DNA of 64,000 bases from Candidatus Oxydemutatoraceae bacterium (GCA_965219575.1 OZ244779.1:972769-1036768), one strand, 5' to 3'; shown: positions 47,112 through 58,003, numbered from the stretch's first letter. Notes: generated by a model not told the origin, from the letters alone. Program-made: numbers and translations.

Positions 47112-50100
47112 ATGCTTTTAGTCCATAATTATGAACCGCAATCATACGAACAACAACGTCTATTGAAACAACTGCGGTTTATAGACCGCAACATCATCGG
47201 CATAGAAGTTGCCGAACTTTATTTTCTGCTGTCCAAAGACGATACTGCCGAGACCATAGATATAGCGAAGGTATACAGTCTGTTGGATATTCAAGACACA
47301 CACGGTGGGCAGGGGTGGCCGTGGCCGTCCGAGATAGATAATCTGCTTTATGTTGTTCCGCGGCAAGGAACGATTTCGTCTTGGTCCAGCAAAGCGACCG
47401 ATATTTTCAATATATGCAATATGGATTCGGTTGCTCGGGTAGAGCGCGGTTTTTGTTATCGTTTGCAGTTGGCTGCACGGAAATTTACATATAGCGATGC
47501 GATAAAAGCGCAGTTGCACGACCGTATGGTGGAGACGGTTTACTCCACTCGCAAAGAGATAGACGCTTGGTTGACCGCCGCACGATTACACGGGAATACG
47601 CTTCAAAACAAAAAGGTCGATAACCGGACAGCGGCTATTCGGCATCGTCAAACACTGGTCTCGGCACAGCGTATATCGACTTTCGTGAACGAGAACGCGA
47701 ACGGTTTAGGTTTATCGGAAGCCGAACTATCCCGATTTGCAAAATACTATATCGGGGTTGAGCGCATGCCTACCGACACCGAGTTAATGATGTACGCGCA
47801 AGTCAATTCGGAACATTGTAGACACAAGCTATTCAATGCACATTGGCTACTGGATTCAAAACTTCAAGAGCAAACATTGTTCGAGATGATAAAGAGTACT
47901 CGCCACGCGCTCGATAATGTTGTATCGGCTTACGAAGACAACGCTTCGGTCATTCGGCATGGCGCAAGTATCAATCGTTTGCAAATAGATCCGTCTCATA
48001 GGCACTATGTTTACGGCAACGAGGAACGGTTTTATTCGATCAAAGTGGAGACCCATAATCACCCGACGGCGATCTCTCCGTTTCCGGGTGCGGCAACCGG
48101 GTCGGGTGGTGAGATCAGGGATGAGAGCGCAACCGGACAGGGTGGATGTCCGCGCATGGGTTTGGTCGGTTTTAGCTTGTCAAACCTTCGTATTCCCGGT
48201 TTTGAACAACCTTGGGAAGATGCGCCGGTATATCCCGCACACATTGCGTCACCGTTGCAAATAATTAGCGAAGGTCCGCTCGGTGCCGCCCGTTTCAACA
48301 ACGAGTTCGGTCGCCCTTGCGTGTGTGGTTATTTTAGAACCTACGAGGGACAAGCCGAGACCTACAGATGGGGATATCACAAGCCGATCATGATTGCCGG
48401 CGGCTTAGGGAGTATATGCAAGGAACATATCGCCAAGCAGCATTTCGATGCCGATACACCCTTGGTTGTTTTCGGTGGTCCGGCGATGCGTATCGGCTTA
48501 GGCGGCGGGTCGGCATCTTCGGTCGGTGGCGGTAGTGCTTCGCACGAATTGGATTTTGCATCGGTGCAACGCGATAACGCCGAGATGCAACGTCGTTGTC
48601 AAGGTGTGATAGAACGGTGCATCGAAGAGTCGAATAATCCGATACACGCGATACACGATGTAGGTGCCGGCGGGCTTGCCAATGCGCTACCCGAGTTGGC
48701 ACACGGTGCGGGGAGAGGGGCGCATATAGACTTGCGTGCGATTCCGTGTGCCGACGACACCTTGTCGCCGATGGAGATTTGGTGTAACGAATCGCAGGAA
48801 CGATATGTTGCGGCAATAGATAAGCATTTGTTGGATAGGTTCAAGGCGTTTTGTGCACGTGAGCGATGCCCTATGGCGGTAGTCGGACGAGCAGTGCCGG
48901 AGCAGATTCTGGTATTGGAGGATCGCCTCTATCCCGAAGGCACCGCGCAGCGTATGCCGGTGAATATACCGATGGCGGTGTTGTTTGAAAAACCGTCCGA
49001 CGATCAACGTCCGCTAAAGCAAATAACCCGCACGCCTACGGTTCCTTGTCAATGGCAAGATATAGACCTCAACGATGCGATTGAACGAGTACTCAAAATG
49101 CCTGCGGTTGCCTCGAAGTCTTTTTTGATCACTATCGGCGACCGTAGCGTAACCGGTTTGATACATCGCGACCAGATGGTGGGGCCGTGGCAAGTACCGG
49201 TTTCCGATGTTGCGGTATCGTTGATTGATTATACCGGGAATGGCGGTGAGGCGATGGCGATGGGAGAGCGCACGCCCGTTGCGGTACTCGACGCAGCGGC
49301 ATCCGGACGGCTTGCGGTTGCCGAGGCGATATTGAATATATCGGCGGCCGACATACGCGAATTAAATCATATCTGTTTTTCGGCAAATTGGATGGCAGCG
49401 TGCGACTCGGCGGAACAAAGGTTCGATCTTTACAACACGGTGAAGGCGGTGACGGATCTGTGTAAAGCACTTCGTATCGCAGTACCGGTCGGTAAGGATT
49501 CTCTATCGATGCAAACCCGTTGGCAAGACGCAAGGCAACATTACCAAGTCAACTCGCCGGTATCGCTCATAGTCTCCGCTTTTGCACCGGTCGCATGCGT
49601 AAAAGATACTTTGACTCCACAGCTCGATACCCGATCATCGGCGAATCGCATTTTTCTGATCGATGTGTCGGGCGGGGATCATCGCTTGGGTGGTTCGTGC
49701 TTGATGCAAGCGTATAAACGGGAAGCGGAACCGCCCGATTTGGATAACCCGCAACGGCTGATCGATTTTTTTGAGTTGATGCGCGAATTGCGTGATGGCC
49801 GTACTGCCGATCGTAGAGATTGTCGCATACTGGCTTACCACGACCGTTCGGATGGTGGCTTGCTGGTTGCATTGATGGAGATGGCATTTGCGGCACATTG
49901 TGGTGTGCGTTGCGAGTTGAACGAGCAAGACGAATTGCTACCGGCATTATTCGGCGAGGCACCCGGTGTGCTGATACAGATCAGCGAAGACGGCACCGAG
50001 CAAATGTACGAACTTATAGAACGATATAAGGATACATTGAGGGTTCGCGAGATCGCTCACATTTTGGAAAAGAAGAACTTTGAAGTACACCACAAGGATC

Positions 50101-51095
50101 AATCGTGGGTTTGGGATTTGATGCATCTGAAACGATGGTGGAGCGAGACCGGCATGCATATACAAGCATTGCGCGATGATCCGCAATGTGCCGAAGAGGA
50201 AATGGATACTTTGTGCGATGCACATAATCCGGGTTTGCGCGCCGAATGGGATTTTGCTCTGCCCGATGATTCGAACTATGAGCCTACGACCTCGTTTGAT
50301 GCACAGAGTTTTGCTATCAAAGCCGAAAAACCCAAAGTCGCTATCCTCAGAGAGCAAGGTGTCAACGGTCATAAAGAGATGGCGGCAGCATTCGAGCAGG
50401 CAGGTTTTGCCGCCTACGACATACACATGAACGATTTGATCAACGGCGAGGCAGACCTGAAGTGTTTTCAAGGTTTGGCTGCCTGTGGGGGTTTCTCTTA
50501 CGGAGATGTGTTGGGGGCAGGTGCGGGTTGGGCACATTCTATATTGATGCACGACCGTAGCCGAGAAACCTTTGCAGAATTTTTCAACCGCACCGATACC
50601 TTTACATTCGGTGTTTGCAACGGCTGTCAAATGCTATCGCGTATCAAGGACATCATTCCCGGTGCCTCACATTGGCCGGTATTTGTGCGCAACCGTTCAA
50701 AGCAATTTGAAGCGCGCTTGGTAAAAGTAGAGATAACACCTTCACCGTCGGTATTGTTGGCAGAGATGGTCGGTGCCCGTTTGCCGATAGTTGTTTCTCA
50801 CGGAGAAGGCCGAGTGCTATTCACCGCCGAACAAACAGCGGAGCATGCAATTCCGTACACATGCCTGCGTTATATAGATAACTACGACCGTAGCACCGAA
50901 CATTATCCTGCCAACCCCAACGGTAGCCGACAAGGCATGACATCGTTTTGCAATACTGACGGTCGGGTAACGATTATGATGCCTCACCCCGAACGCCTAT
51001 TCAGAACCGACCAATACTCGTGGCACGATTCCGAATGGGAACACCTTGCACCGTGGTTCGGATTGTTCCGTAATGCCTATAAATTTTGTAGCTGA
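47112..51095 (+). CDS. purL: Phosphoribosylformylglycinamidine synthase (large fused form)
   Basis: NSEHCRHK, KVETHNHPTAISPFPGAATG, HDVGAGG, GKDSLSM, GVCNGCQ, MPHPER; start ATG 47112 preferred over TTG 47097. Confidence 0.98.
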   Translation: MLLVHNYEPQSYEQQRLLKQLRFIDRNIIGIEVAELYFLLSKDDTAETIDIAKVYSLLDIQDTHGGQGWPWPSEIDNLLYVVPRQGTISSWSSKATDIFNICNMDSVARVERGFCYRLQLAARKFTYSDAIKAQLHDRMVETVYSTRKEIDAWLTAARLHGNTLQNKKVDNRTAAIRHRQTLVSAQRISTFVNENANGLGLSEAELSRFAKYYIGVERMPTDTELMMYAQVNSEHCRHKLFNAHWLLDSKLQEQTLFEMIKSTRHALDNVVSAYEDNASVIRHGASINRLQIDPSHRHYVYGNEERFYSIKVETHNHPTAISPFPGAATGSGGEIRDESATGQGGCPRMGLVGFSLSNLRIPGFEQPWEDAPVYPAHIASPLQIISEGPLGAARFNNEFGRPCVCGYFRTYEGQAETYRWGYHKPIMIAGGLGSICKEHIAKQHFDADTPLVVFGGPAMRIGLGGGSASSVGGGSASHELDFASVQRDNAEMQRRCQGVIERCIEESNNPIHAIHDVGAGGLANALPELAHGAGRGAHIDLRAIPCADDTLSPMEIWCNESQERYVAAIDKHLLDRFKAFCARERCPMAVVGRAVPEQILVLEDRLYPEGTAQRMPVNIPMAVLFEKPSDDQRPLKQITRTPTVPCQWQDIDLNDAIERVLKMPAVASKSFLITIGDRSVTGLIHRDQMVGPWQVPVSDVAVSLIDYTGNGGEAMAMGERTPVAVLDAAASGRLAVAEAILNISAADIRELNHICFSANWMAACDSAEQRFDLYNTVKAVTDLCKALRIAVPVGKDSLSMQTRWQDARQHYQVNSPVSLIVSAFAPVACVKDTLTPQLDTRSSANRIFLIDVSGGDHRLGGSCLMQAYKREAEPPDLDNPQRLIDFFELMRELRDGRTADRRDCRILAYHDRSDGGLLVALMEMAFAAHCGVRCELNEQDELLPALFGEAPGVLIQISEDGTEQMYELIERYKDTLRVREIAHILEKKNFEVHHKDQSWVWDLMHLKRWWSETGMHIQALRDDPQCAEEEMDTLCDAHNPGLRAEWDFALPDDSNYEPTTSFDAQSFAIKAEKPKVAILREQGVNGHKEMAAAFEQAGFAAYDIHMNDLINGEADLKCFQGLAACGGFSYGDVLGAGAGWAHSILMHDRSRETFAEFFNRTDTFTFGVCNGCQMLSRIKDIIPGASHWPVFVRNRSKQFEARLVKVEITPSPSVLLAEMVGARLPIVVSHGEGRVLFTAEQTAEHAIPYTCLRYIDNYDRSTEHYPANPNGSRQGMTSFCNTDGRVTIMMPHPERLFRTDQYSWHDSEWEHLAPWFGLFRNAYKFCS

Positions 51096-51107
51096 TTAAC
51101 TATAGCT

Positions 51108-52205
51108 ATGTCTTGTCCTATATATATTATCCATCTGAAGCGTAATCCGGAACGGCGGCTTTATATGCAAAGACAACTGGATGCCTTCGGCTTGGATTAC
51201 AGTTTTGTAGAAGTAGATGTTTTTGATAAATACGAATTGGAATCGAAGGCATACCGCATCCGTGTTGCTAGTATGTTGGAGATTGACGAGCAGGCTTTGG
51301 AAAATAAATATGCTACGGTGATAGATGATGTGAAAAATCATCGTAGAAATAAATACCATGAATTAGCGTTACTTGCTATCGGGTTGAGTCATATAAAAGT
51401 TCATAATTTGATGATAGAAAATAATCACGCGATGGCGTGTATATTAGAAGATGATGCAAAATTATTGCCGACTTTCCCCGAGGCTCTTAAAACCGCACCC
51501 GATTTAGAGTGGGATATATTACAGTTTTGTCACGAGCCTAGTTATTTTCTCTTTGCTCCATTTTTGATCCGTCATTTTTCTAGGATAGGGTTCCTAAAAC
51601 TTCCTAATCTTCGGTTATTCTTTTCTAAGAATTATGACGATATAGATAGACGGATAATCAGAGAATATGGTTTTGCTGAGCGGAAATATTCAAAGCCGGT
51701 GACCTATATAACAAAAACCATGCAACTATATCGTAATAGGCACAAAAGCATCATCAAATCTCTAATTCCCGAAATTATTATAAGTATTTTCATTCCCGGC
51801 ATCATCAGGAAATTCTTGGTTTCTAAAAGTCATTTACTACTTATAAATAACATCAGCCATACTACCGAATTGTTAAAGCTCAATACTACAATTGAACTAG
51901 GTATGTTTCCCGAGGAACCCAATCCAACCCTTATAACCGAACATCATTGCATTGCTAAGCCTAGAGGAGCAGTTGTGTCGACTACGGCGTATTTAGTAAG
52001 ACAATCGGCTATAGCCCAATGGAAACAAGAATTACTTTCCGAGAACCCTTTAGGTGTAGATCAGATTCCTTGGCAGTTATACAAAAATGAGCAAGTAAAA
52101 CTACGCATAATTAGCCCACCTTGTGCGACGGCTACTTATGGTTATCTAAAATATACAATGCGCCGTTCGGATATTCACTTTAATGTAAATAAAACAAATT
52201 TTTAG
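51108..52205 (+). CDS. Glycosyltransferase family 25 (LgtB/Lex2B-like), copy 1
   Basis: IYIIHLKRNPERR..M..QL, IGLSH, CILEDDA, WDILQF, STTAYLV. Confidence 0.85.
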   Translation: MSCPIYIIHLKRNPERRLYMQRQLDAFGLDYSFVEVDVFDKYELESKAYRIRVASMLEIDEQALENKYATVIDDVKNHRRNKYHELALLAIGLSHIKVHNLMIENNHAMACILEDDAKLLPTFPEALKTAPDLEWDILQFCHEPSYFLFAPFLIRHFSRIGFLKLPNLRLFFSKNYDDIDRRIIREYGFAERKYSKPVTYITKTMQLYRNRHKSIIKSLIPEIIISIFIPGIIRKFLVSKSHLLLINNISHTTELLKLNTTIELGMFPEEPNPTLITEHHCIAKPRGAVVSTTAYLVRQSAIAQWKQELLSENPLGVDQIPWQLYKNEQVKLRIISPPCATATYGYLKYTMRRSDIHFNVNKTNF

Positions 52206-52216
52206 GTTTAATCTAA

Positions 52217-52796
52217 TGATCTTCCTCCCAAAGTGGACAAAAAAGTTGGTGGTCAGCTTATATAATTAAGCGCACTTAAGTTAACTATATTAACCGGAGA
52301 AGATATTATGGCAAGACGAGTATACACAGAAGAGTACAAGCGAGAGGCACTCGATTTAGTGAAACTTAATGGTTCCTTAAAAGGCACGGCATGGGAATTG
52401 GGAATTGCTGATCGTACCCTGCGACGCTGGGCGCGCCAATATGAGAAACCGACATCGGCAAGTGAGTTAAAGCGTGTTGAGACTATGGAGAAAGATGAGA
52501 TTATTCGTAGCCGGGACAAAAAGATCCGAGAGCTTGAAAGGAAGGTCGAGTTTTTGACCGAAACCATGGCTTTTTTTTGCCAAGAGAGAAACAAGTGAAG
52601 TATCGGTATAGAGCGACCTCGTTATCAGGACTTGAGTTTGGAGGCAACTTGCAAGATGTTAGCAGTGAGTCGTAGTGGCTACTACAAGTGGCGTAGTCAG
52701 AAGGCCGATAAGATGGCACAGGGGCATCGGGAATGTATGCAGATTAGACGCGTATGGGAAGGCAGTGGCAAGACTTATGGTTCCCCGCGTATCTAT
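52217..52796 (+). mobile_element. Truncated IS3-family element, copy 1 (IRL, orfA 52308-52598, orfB stub)
   Basis: TGATCTTCCTCCC..AAAGTGGACA left end, orfA RRVYTEEYKREA..ELGI..TLRRW HTH, orfB CKMLAVSRSGYYKW..TYGSPRI; no DDE domain or IRR. Confidence 0.9.
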
Positions 52797-52843
52797 GTGG
52801 TTGTACGATGCCGGATACCTACTGCAACTGATTAACTATAGCT

Positions 52844-53938
52844 ATGTCCTGTCCTATATACATTATCAATCTGAGGCGTAATCCGGAGCGACGGCTTTAT
52901 ATGCAAAGACAGTTGGATGCCTTCGGCTTGGATTACAGCTTTGTAGAGGTAGATGTTTTTGATAAATACGAATTGGAATCGAAGGCATACCGCATCCGTG
53001 TTGCTAGTATGTTGGAGATTGACGAGCAGGCTTTGGAAAATAAATATGCTACGGTGATAGATGATGTGAAAAATCATCGTAGAAATAAATACCATGAATT
53101 AGCGTCACTTGCTATCGGGTTGAGTCATATAAAAGTTCACAACTTGATGATAGAAAATAATCACGCGATGGCGTGTATATTAGAAGATGATGCTAAATTA
53201 TTGCCGACTTTCCCCGAGGTTCTTAAAACCGCACCCGATTTAGAGTGGGATATATTACAGTTTTGTCACCAGCCTAGTTATTTTCTCTTTGCTCCATTTT
53301 TGATCCGTCATTTTTCTAGGATAGGGTTCCTAAAATTTCCTAATCTTCGGTTATTTTTTTCTAAGAATTATGACGATATAGATAGACGGATAATCAGAGA
53401 ATATGGTTTTGCTGAGCGGAAATATTCAAAGCCGGTGACCTATATAACAAAAACCATGCAACTATATCGTAATAGGCACAAAAGCATCATCAAATCTCTA
53501 ATTCCCGAAATTATTATAAGTATTTTCATTCCCGGCATCATCAGGAAATTCTTGTTTTCTAAAAGTCAATTACAAATAAATAATATTGGGCAGACTATCG
53601 GATTGTTAAAGCTCAATACTACAATTGAACTAGGTATGTTTCCCGAGGAACCCAATTCAACCCTTATAACCGAACATCATTGCATTGCTAAGCCTAGAAG
53701 AAAAATTGTGTCGACTACGGCGTATTTAGTAAGACAATCGGCTATAGCCCAATGGAAACAAGAATTACTTTCCGAGAACCCTTTAGGTGTAGATCAGATT
53801 CCTTGGCAGTTATACAAAAATGAGCAAGTAAAACTACGCATAATTAGCCCACCTTGTGCGACGGCTACTTATGGTTATCTAAAATATACAACGCGCTGTT
53901 CGGATATTCACTTTAATGTAAATAAAACAAATTTTTAG
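52844..53938 (+). CDS. Glycosyltransferase family 25, copy 2
   Basis: Near-identical paralogue of copy 1. Confidence 0.85.
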   Translation: MSCPIYIINLRRNPERRLYMQRQLDAFGLDYSFVEVDVFDKYELESKAYRIRVASMLEIDEQALENKYATVIDDVKNHRRNKYHELASLAIGLSHIKVHNLMIENNHAMACILEDDAKLLPTFPEVLKTAPDLEWDILQFCHQPSYFLFAPFLIRHFSRIGFLKFPNLRLFFSKNYDDIDRRIIREYGFAERKYSKPVTYITKTMQLYRNRHKSIIKSLIPEIIISIFIPGIIRKFLFSKSQLQINNIGQTIGLLKLNTTIELGMFPEEPNSTLITEHHCIAKPRRKIVSTTAYLVRQSAIAQWKQELLSENPLGVDQIPWQLYKNEQVKLRIISPPCATATYGYLKYTTRCSDIHFNVNKTNF

Positions 53939-53949
53939 GTTTAATCTAA

Positions 53950-54530
53950 TGATCTTCCTCCAAAAAGTGGACAAAAAAAGTTGGTGGTCAGCCTATATAA
54001 TTAAGCGTACTTAAGTTAACTATATTAACCGGAGAAGATATTATGGCAAGACGAGTATACACAGAAGAGTACAAGCGAGATGCACTCGATTTAATGAAGC
54101 GTAATGGTTCATTAAAAGGCACGGCAAGGGAATTGGGAATTGCTGATCGTACCCTGCGACGCTGGGCGCGCCAATATGAGAAACCGACATCGGCAAGTGA
54201 ACTAAAGCGTGTTGAGACTATGGAGAAAGATGAGATTATTCGTAGCCGGGACAAAAAGATCCGAGAGCTTGAAAGGAAGGTCGAGTTTTTGACGGAAACC
54301 ATGGCTTTTTTTGCCAAGAGAGAAACAAGTGAAGTATCGGTATAGAGCGACCCCGTTATCAGGACTTGAGTTTGGAGGCAACTTGCAAGATGTTAGCAGT
54401 GAGTCGCAGTGGCTACTACAAGTGGCGTAGTCAAAAGGCCGACAAGAGGGCACAGGCGCATCGGGAATGTCTGCAGATTAGACGCGTATGGGAAGACAGT
54501 GGCAAGACTTATGGTTCCCCGCGTATCTAT
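53950..54530 (+). mobile_element. Truncated IS3-family element, copy 2 (orfA 54043-54345)
   Basis: Same truncation point; T7 instead of T8 tract changes the orfA C-terminus. Confidence 0.9.
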
Positions 54531-54577
54531 GTGGTTGTACGATGCCGGATACCTACTGCAACTGATTAACTATAGCT

Positions 54578-55675
54578 ATGTCCTGTCCTATATACATTAT
54601 CAATCTGAGGCGTAATCCGGAGCGACGGCTTTATATGCAAAGACAGCTGGATGCCTTCGGCTTGGATTACAGCTTTGTAGAGGTAGATGTTTTTGATAAA
54701 TACGAATTGGAATCGAAGGCATACCGCATCCGTGTTGCTCGCATGTTAGGGATTGACGAGCAGGCTTTGGAAAATAAATATGCTACGGTGATAGATGATG
54801 TGAAAAATCATCGTATAAATAAATATCATCGATTAGCATTACTTGCTATCGGGTTGAGTCATATAAAAGTCTATAACTTGATGAGAGAAAATAATCATGC
54901 GATGGCGTGTATATTAGAAGATGATGCCAAATTATTGCCGACTTTCCCCGAGGTGCTTAAAATCGCCCCCGATCTAGAGTGGGATATATTACAGTTTTGT
55001 CACCAGCCTAAGCGCATTTTCTTTGTTCCATTTTTGATCCGTAATTTTTGCAGAATAGATTTCCTAAAATTTAGTAATCTTCGGTTACTCTTTCCTAACA
55101 ACTATAACAAGATAGACAGACGGATAATAAGAGAATATGGTTTTGATAATCCAAAATATTCAAAGCCGGCGGCCTATATAACAAAAACCATGCAACGATA
55201 TCGTAATAGGTACAAAAGCATTACCAAACCTCTAATTCCCAAAATTATCATAAGTATTTTCATTCCCGGCATCATTAGGAAATTCTTGGTTTCTAAAAGT
55301 CGTTTACTACTTATAAAAAACATCAGTCGTACTACCGAATTGTTAAAACTCACTACTACGATTGAACTAGGTATGCTTCCCGAGGAACCCGATCCAACTC
55401 TTATAACCGAGCATCACTGCATTGCTAAGCCTAGAGGAGATGTTGTATCGACTACGGCGTATTTGGTAAGACAATCGGCTATAGCTAAATGGAAACAAGG
55501 ATTACTTTCCGAAAACCCTCTAGGTGTAGATCAGATTCCTTGGAAGTTGTACGAGAACGGGCAGGTAAAGCTACGCATAATTAGCCCGCCTTGTGCGACG
55601 GCTACTTATGGTTACCGAAAATATACAATGCGTCGCTCGGATATTCACTTTGGCATAAGTAAAACAAATTTTTAG
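54578..55675 (+). CDS. Glycosyltransferase family 25, copy 3
   Basis: Paralogue with the same GT25 motifs. Confidence 0.85.
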   Translation: MSCPIYIINLRRNPERRLYMQRQLDAFGLDYSFVEVDVFDKYELESKAYRIRVARMLGIDEQALENKYATVIDDVKNHRINKYHRLALLAIGLSHIKVYNLMRENNHAMACILEDDAKLLPTFPEVLKIAPDLEWDILQFCHQPKRIFFVPFLIRNFCRIDFLKFSNLRLLFPNNYNKIDRRIIREYGFDNPKYSKPAAYITKTMQRYRNRYKSITKPLIPKIIISIFIPGIIRKFLVSKSRLLLIKNISRTTELLKLTTTIELGMLPEEPDPTLITEHHCIAKPRGDVVSTTAYLVRQSAIAKWKQGLLSENPLGVDQIPWKLYENGQVKLRIISPPCATATYGYRKYTMRRSDIHFGISKTNF

Positions 55676-55686
55676 GTTTAATCTAA

Positions 55687-56268
55687 TGATCTTCCTCCCA
55701 AAGTGGACAAAAAAGTTGGTGGTCAGCTTATATAATTAAGCGCGCTTAAGTTAACTATATTAACCGGAGAAGATATTATGGCAAGACAAGTATACACAGA
55801 AGAGTACAAGCGAAATGCACTCGATTTAGTGAGACTTAATGGTTCCTTAAAAGGCACGGCAAGGGAATTGGGCATTGATGATCGTACCCTGCGACGCTGG
55901 GCGCGCCAATATGAGAAACCGACATCGGCAGGTGAGTTAAAGCGTGTTGAGGCTATGGAGAAAGATGAGATTATTCGTAGCCAGGACAAAAAGATCCGAG
56001 AGCTTGAAAGGAAGGTCGAGTTTTTGACCGAAACCATGGCTTTTTTTTGCCAAGAGAGAAACAAGTGACGTATCGGTATATAGAGCGACCTCGTTATCAG
56101 GACTTGAGTTTGGAGGCAACTTGCAAGATGTTAGCAGTGAGTCGCAGTGGCTACTACAAGTGGCGTAGTCAAAAGGCCGACAAGAGGGCACAGGCGCATC
56201 GGGAATGTATGCGGATTAGAGACGTATGGGAAGACAGTGGCAAGACTTATGGTTCCCCGCGTATCTAT
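55687..56268 (+). mobile_element. Truncated IS3-family element, copy 3 (orfA 55778-56068)
   Basis: Same truncation point; the orfB start region is in frame in this copy only. Confidence 0.9.
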
Positions 56269-56315
56269 GTGGTTGTACGATGCCGGATACCTACTGCAAC
56301 TGATTAACTATAGCT

Positions 56316-57413
56316 ATGTCCTGTCCTATATATATTATCCATCTGAAGCGTAATCCGGAACGGCGGCTTTATATGCAAAGACAACTGGATGCCTTCGGCT
56401 TGGATTACAGCTTTGTAGAGGTAGATGTTTTTGATAAATACGAATTGGAATCCAAGGCGTACCGCATCCGTGTTGCTCGCATGTTGGAGATTGACGAGCA
56501 GGCTTTGGAAAATAAATATGCTACGGTGATAGATTATGTGAAAAATCATCGTAGAAATAAATACCATCGATTAGCATTACTTGCTATCGGGTTGAGTCAT
56601 ATAAAAGTCTATAACTTGATGAGAGAAAATAATCATGCGATGGCGTGTATATTAGAAGATGATGCTAAATTATTGCCGACTTTCCCCGAGGTGCTTAAAA
56701 TCGCCCCCGATCTAGAGTGGGATATATTACAGTTTTGTCACCAGCCTTGGCAATTTCGCTTTGACTCATTTTTGATCCGTAATTTTTGCAGAATAGATTT
56801 CCTAAAATTTAGTAATCTTCGGTTACTCTTTCCTAACAACTATAACAAGATAGACAGACGGATAATAAGAGAGTATGGTTTTGATAATCCGAAATATTCA
56901 AAGCCGGCGACCTATATAACAAAAACCATGCAACGATATCGTAATAGGTACAAAAGCATTACCAAACCTCTAATTCCCAAAATTATCATAAGTATTTTCA
57001 TTCCCGGCATCATTAGGAAATTCTTGGTTTCTAAAAGTCGTTTACTACTTATAAATAACATCAGCCATACTACCAAATTGTTAAAACTCAATACTATGAT
57101 TGAACTAGGTATGTTTCCCGAGGAACCCGATCCAACCCTTATAACCGAGCATCACTGCATTGCTAAGCCTAGAGAGAGAATTGGGTCGACCACGGCGTAT
57201 TTAGTAAGACAATCGGCTATAGCCGAATGGAAACAAGAATTACTCTCCGAGAACTTTCTAGGTATAGATGAGATTCCTTGGCAGTTATACAAAAATGGGC
57301 AAGCAAAACTAAGCATAATTAGCCCGCCTTGTGCGACGGCTATTTATGGTTACCTAAAATATACAATGCGTCGTCCCCAATATCACCGTAAGTTAGGTAA
57401 AACAGAGTTTTAG
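56316..57413 (+). CDS. Glycosyltransferase family 25, copy 4
   Basis: Paralogue with divergent C-terminus; not followed by an IS remnant. Confidence 0.85.
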   Translation: MSCPIYIIHLKRNPERRLYMQRQLDAFGLDYSFVEVDVFDKYELESKAYRIRVARMLEIDEQALENKYATVIDYVKNHRRNKYHRLALLAIGLSHIKVYNLMRENNHAMACILEDDAKLLPTFPEVLKIAPDLEWDILQFCHQPWQFRFDSFLIRNFCRIDFLKFSNLRLLFPNNYNKIDRRIIREYGFDNPKYSKPATYITKTMQRYRNRYKSITKPLIPKIIISIFIPGIIRKFLVSKSRLLLINNISHTTKLLKLNTMIELGMFPEEPDPTLITEHHCIAKPRERIGSTTAYLVRQSAIAEWKQELLSENFLGIDEIPWQLYKNGQAKLSIISPPCATAIYGYLKYTMRRPQYHRKLGKTEF

Positions 57414-57451
57414 GTTTAACCTACGAGTAGTTTATAGCAATTTATGATGAA

Positions 57452-58003
57452 TCATCTCCATTTGATGGAGCAGCCGATACCGGGAATTTGGTGTTCGGGT
57501 CCACGACCGGTTTCGGCAATTAGAATCATTGCTTCCAGTAGCTCCTGTTTTAAGTCGCCGCTGCTCTTCGAGGGACCGCTTGCATCGAGCCGTCCTCTAT
57601 ATTGAAGTTCAAAATCTTTGTTATAACCGAAGAAATCGGGTGTGCAAACCGCTCCGTAGGTCTTAGCGACCGCTTGGCTTTGGTCGTATAAATAGGGGAA
57701 AGGATAGGCAAATTTTTGGGCTATTTTTTTCATATTATCAAATGAGTCTTCGCTATATTCGGCGGGATCGTTGGACATAACCGCAACCGAATTGATACCG
57801 TAATCGAGCAACTGTTTGGTTTGAATACTTAGTTTTTTTTGGATCGCTTTTACATACGGGCAGTGATTGCATATAAACATGACCAGCAAGCCGTTTGCTC
57901 CCATGCAGTCGCGTGCGTTGTATGTTTTACCGTCGGTTGCCGGCAAGCTGAAGTCGTGCATCGCTTCTCCGAAATTGCAAACCGGTGTTGTTTTTGCTAC
58001 CAT
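57452..58003 (-). CDS. Thioredoxin-fold AhpC/TSA family protein
   Basis: FICNHCPYV, YGAVCTPDFF, YRGRLD, GCSIKW. Confidence 0.92.
   Translation of the reverse strand: MVAKTTPVCNFGEAMHDFSLPATDGKTYNARDCMGANGLLVMFICNHCPYVKAIQKKLSIQTKQLLDYGINSVAVMSNDPAEYSEDSFDNMKKIAQKFAYPFPYLYDQSQAVAKTYGAVCTPDFFGYNKDFELQYRGRLDASGPSKSSGDLKQELLEAMILIAETGRGPEHQIPGIGCSIKWR

Noticed and set aside
51108-57413. Diversity-generating retroelement or shufflon as the source of GT25 variation
   Set aside because: No reverse transcriptase, template repeat, invertase or inverted recombination sites in the window; changes are not adenine-specific
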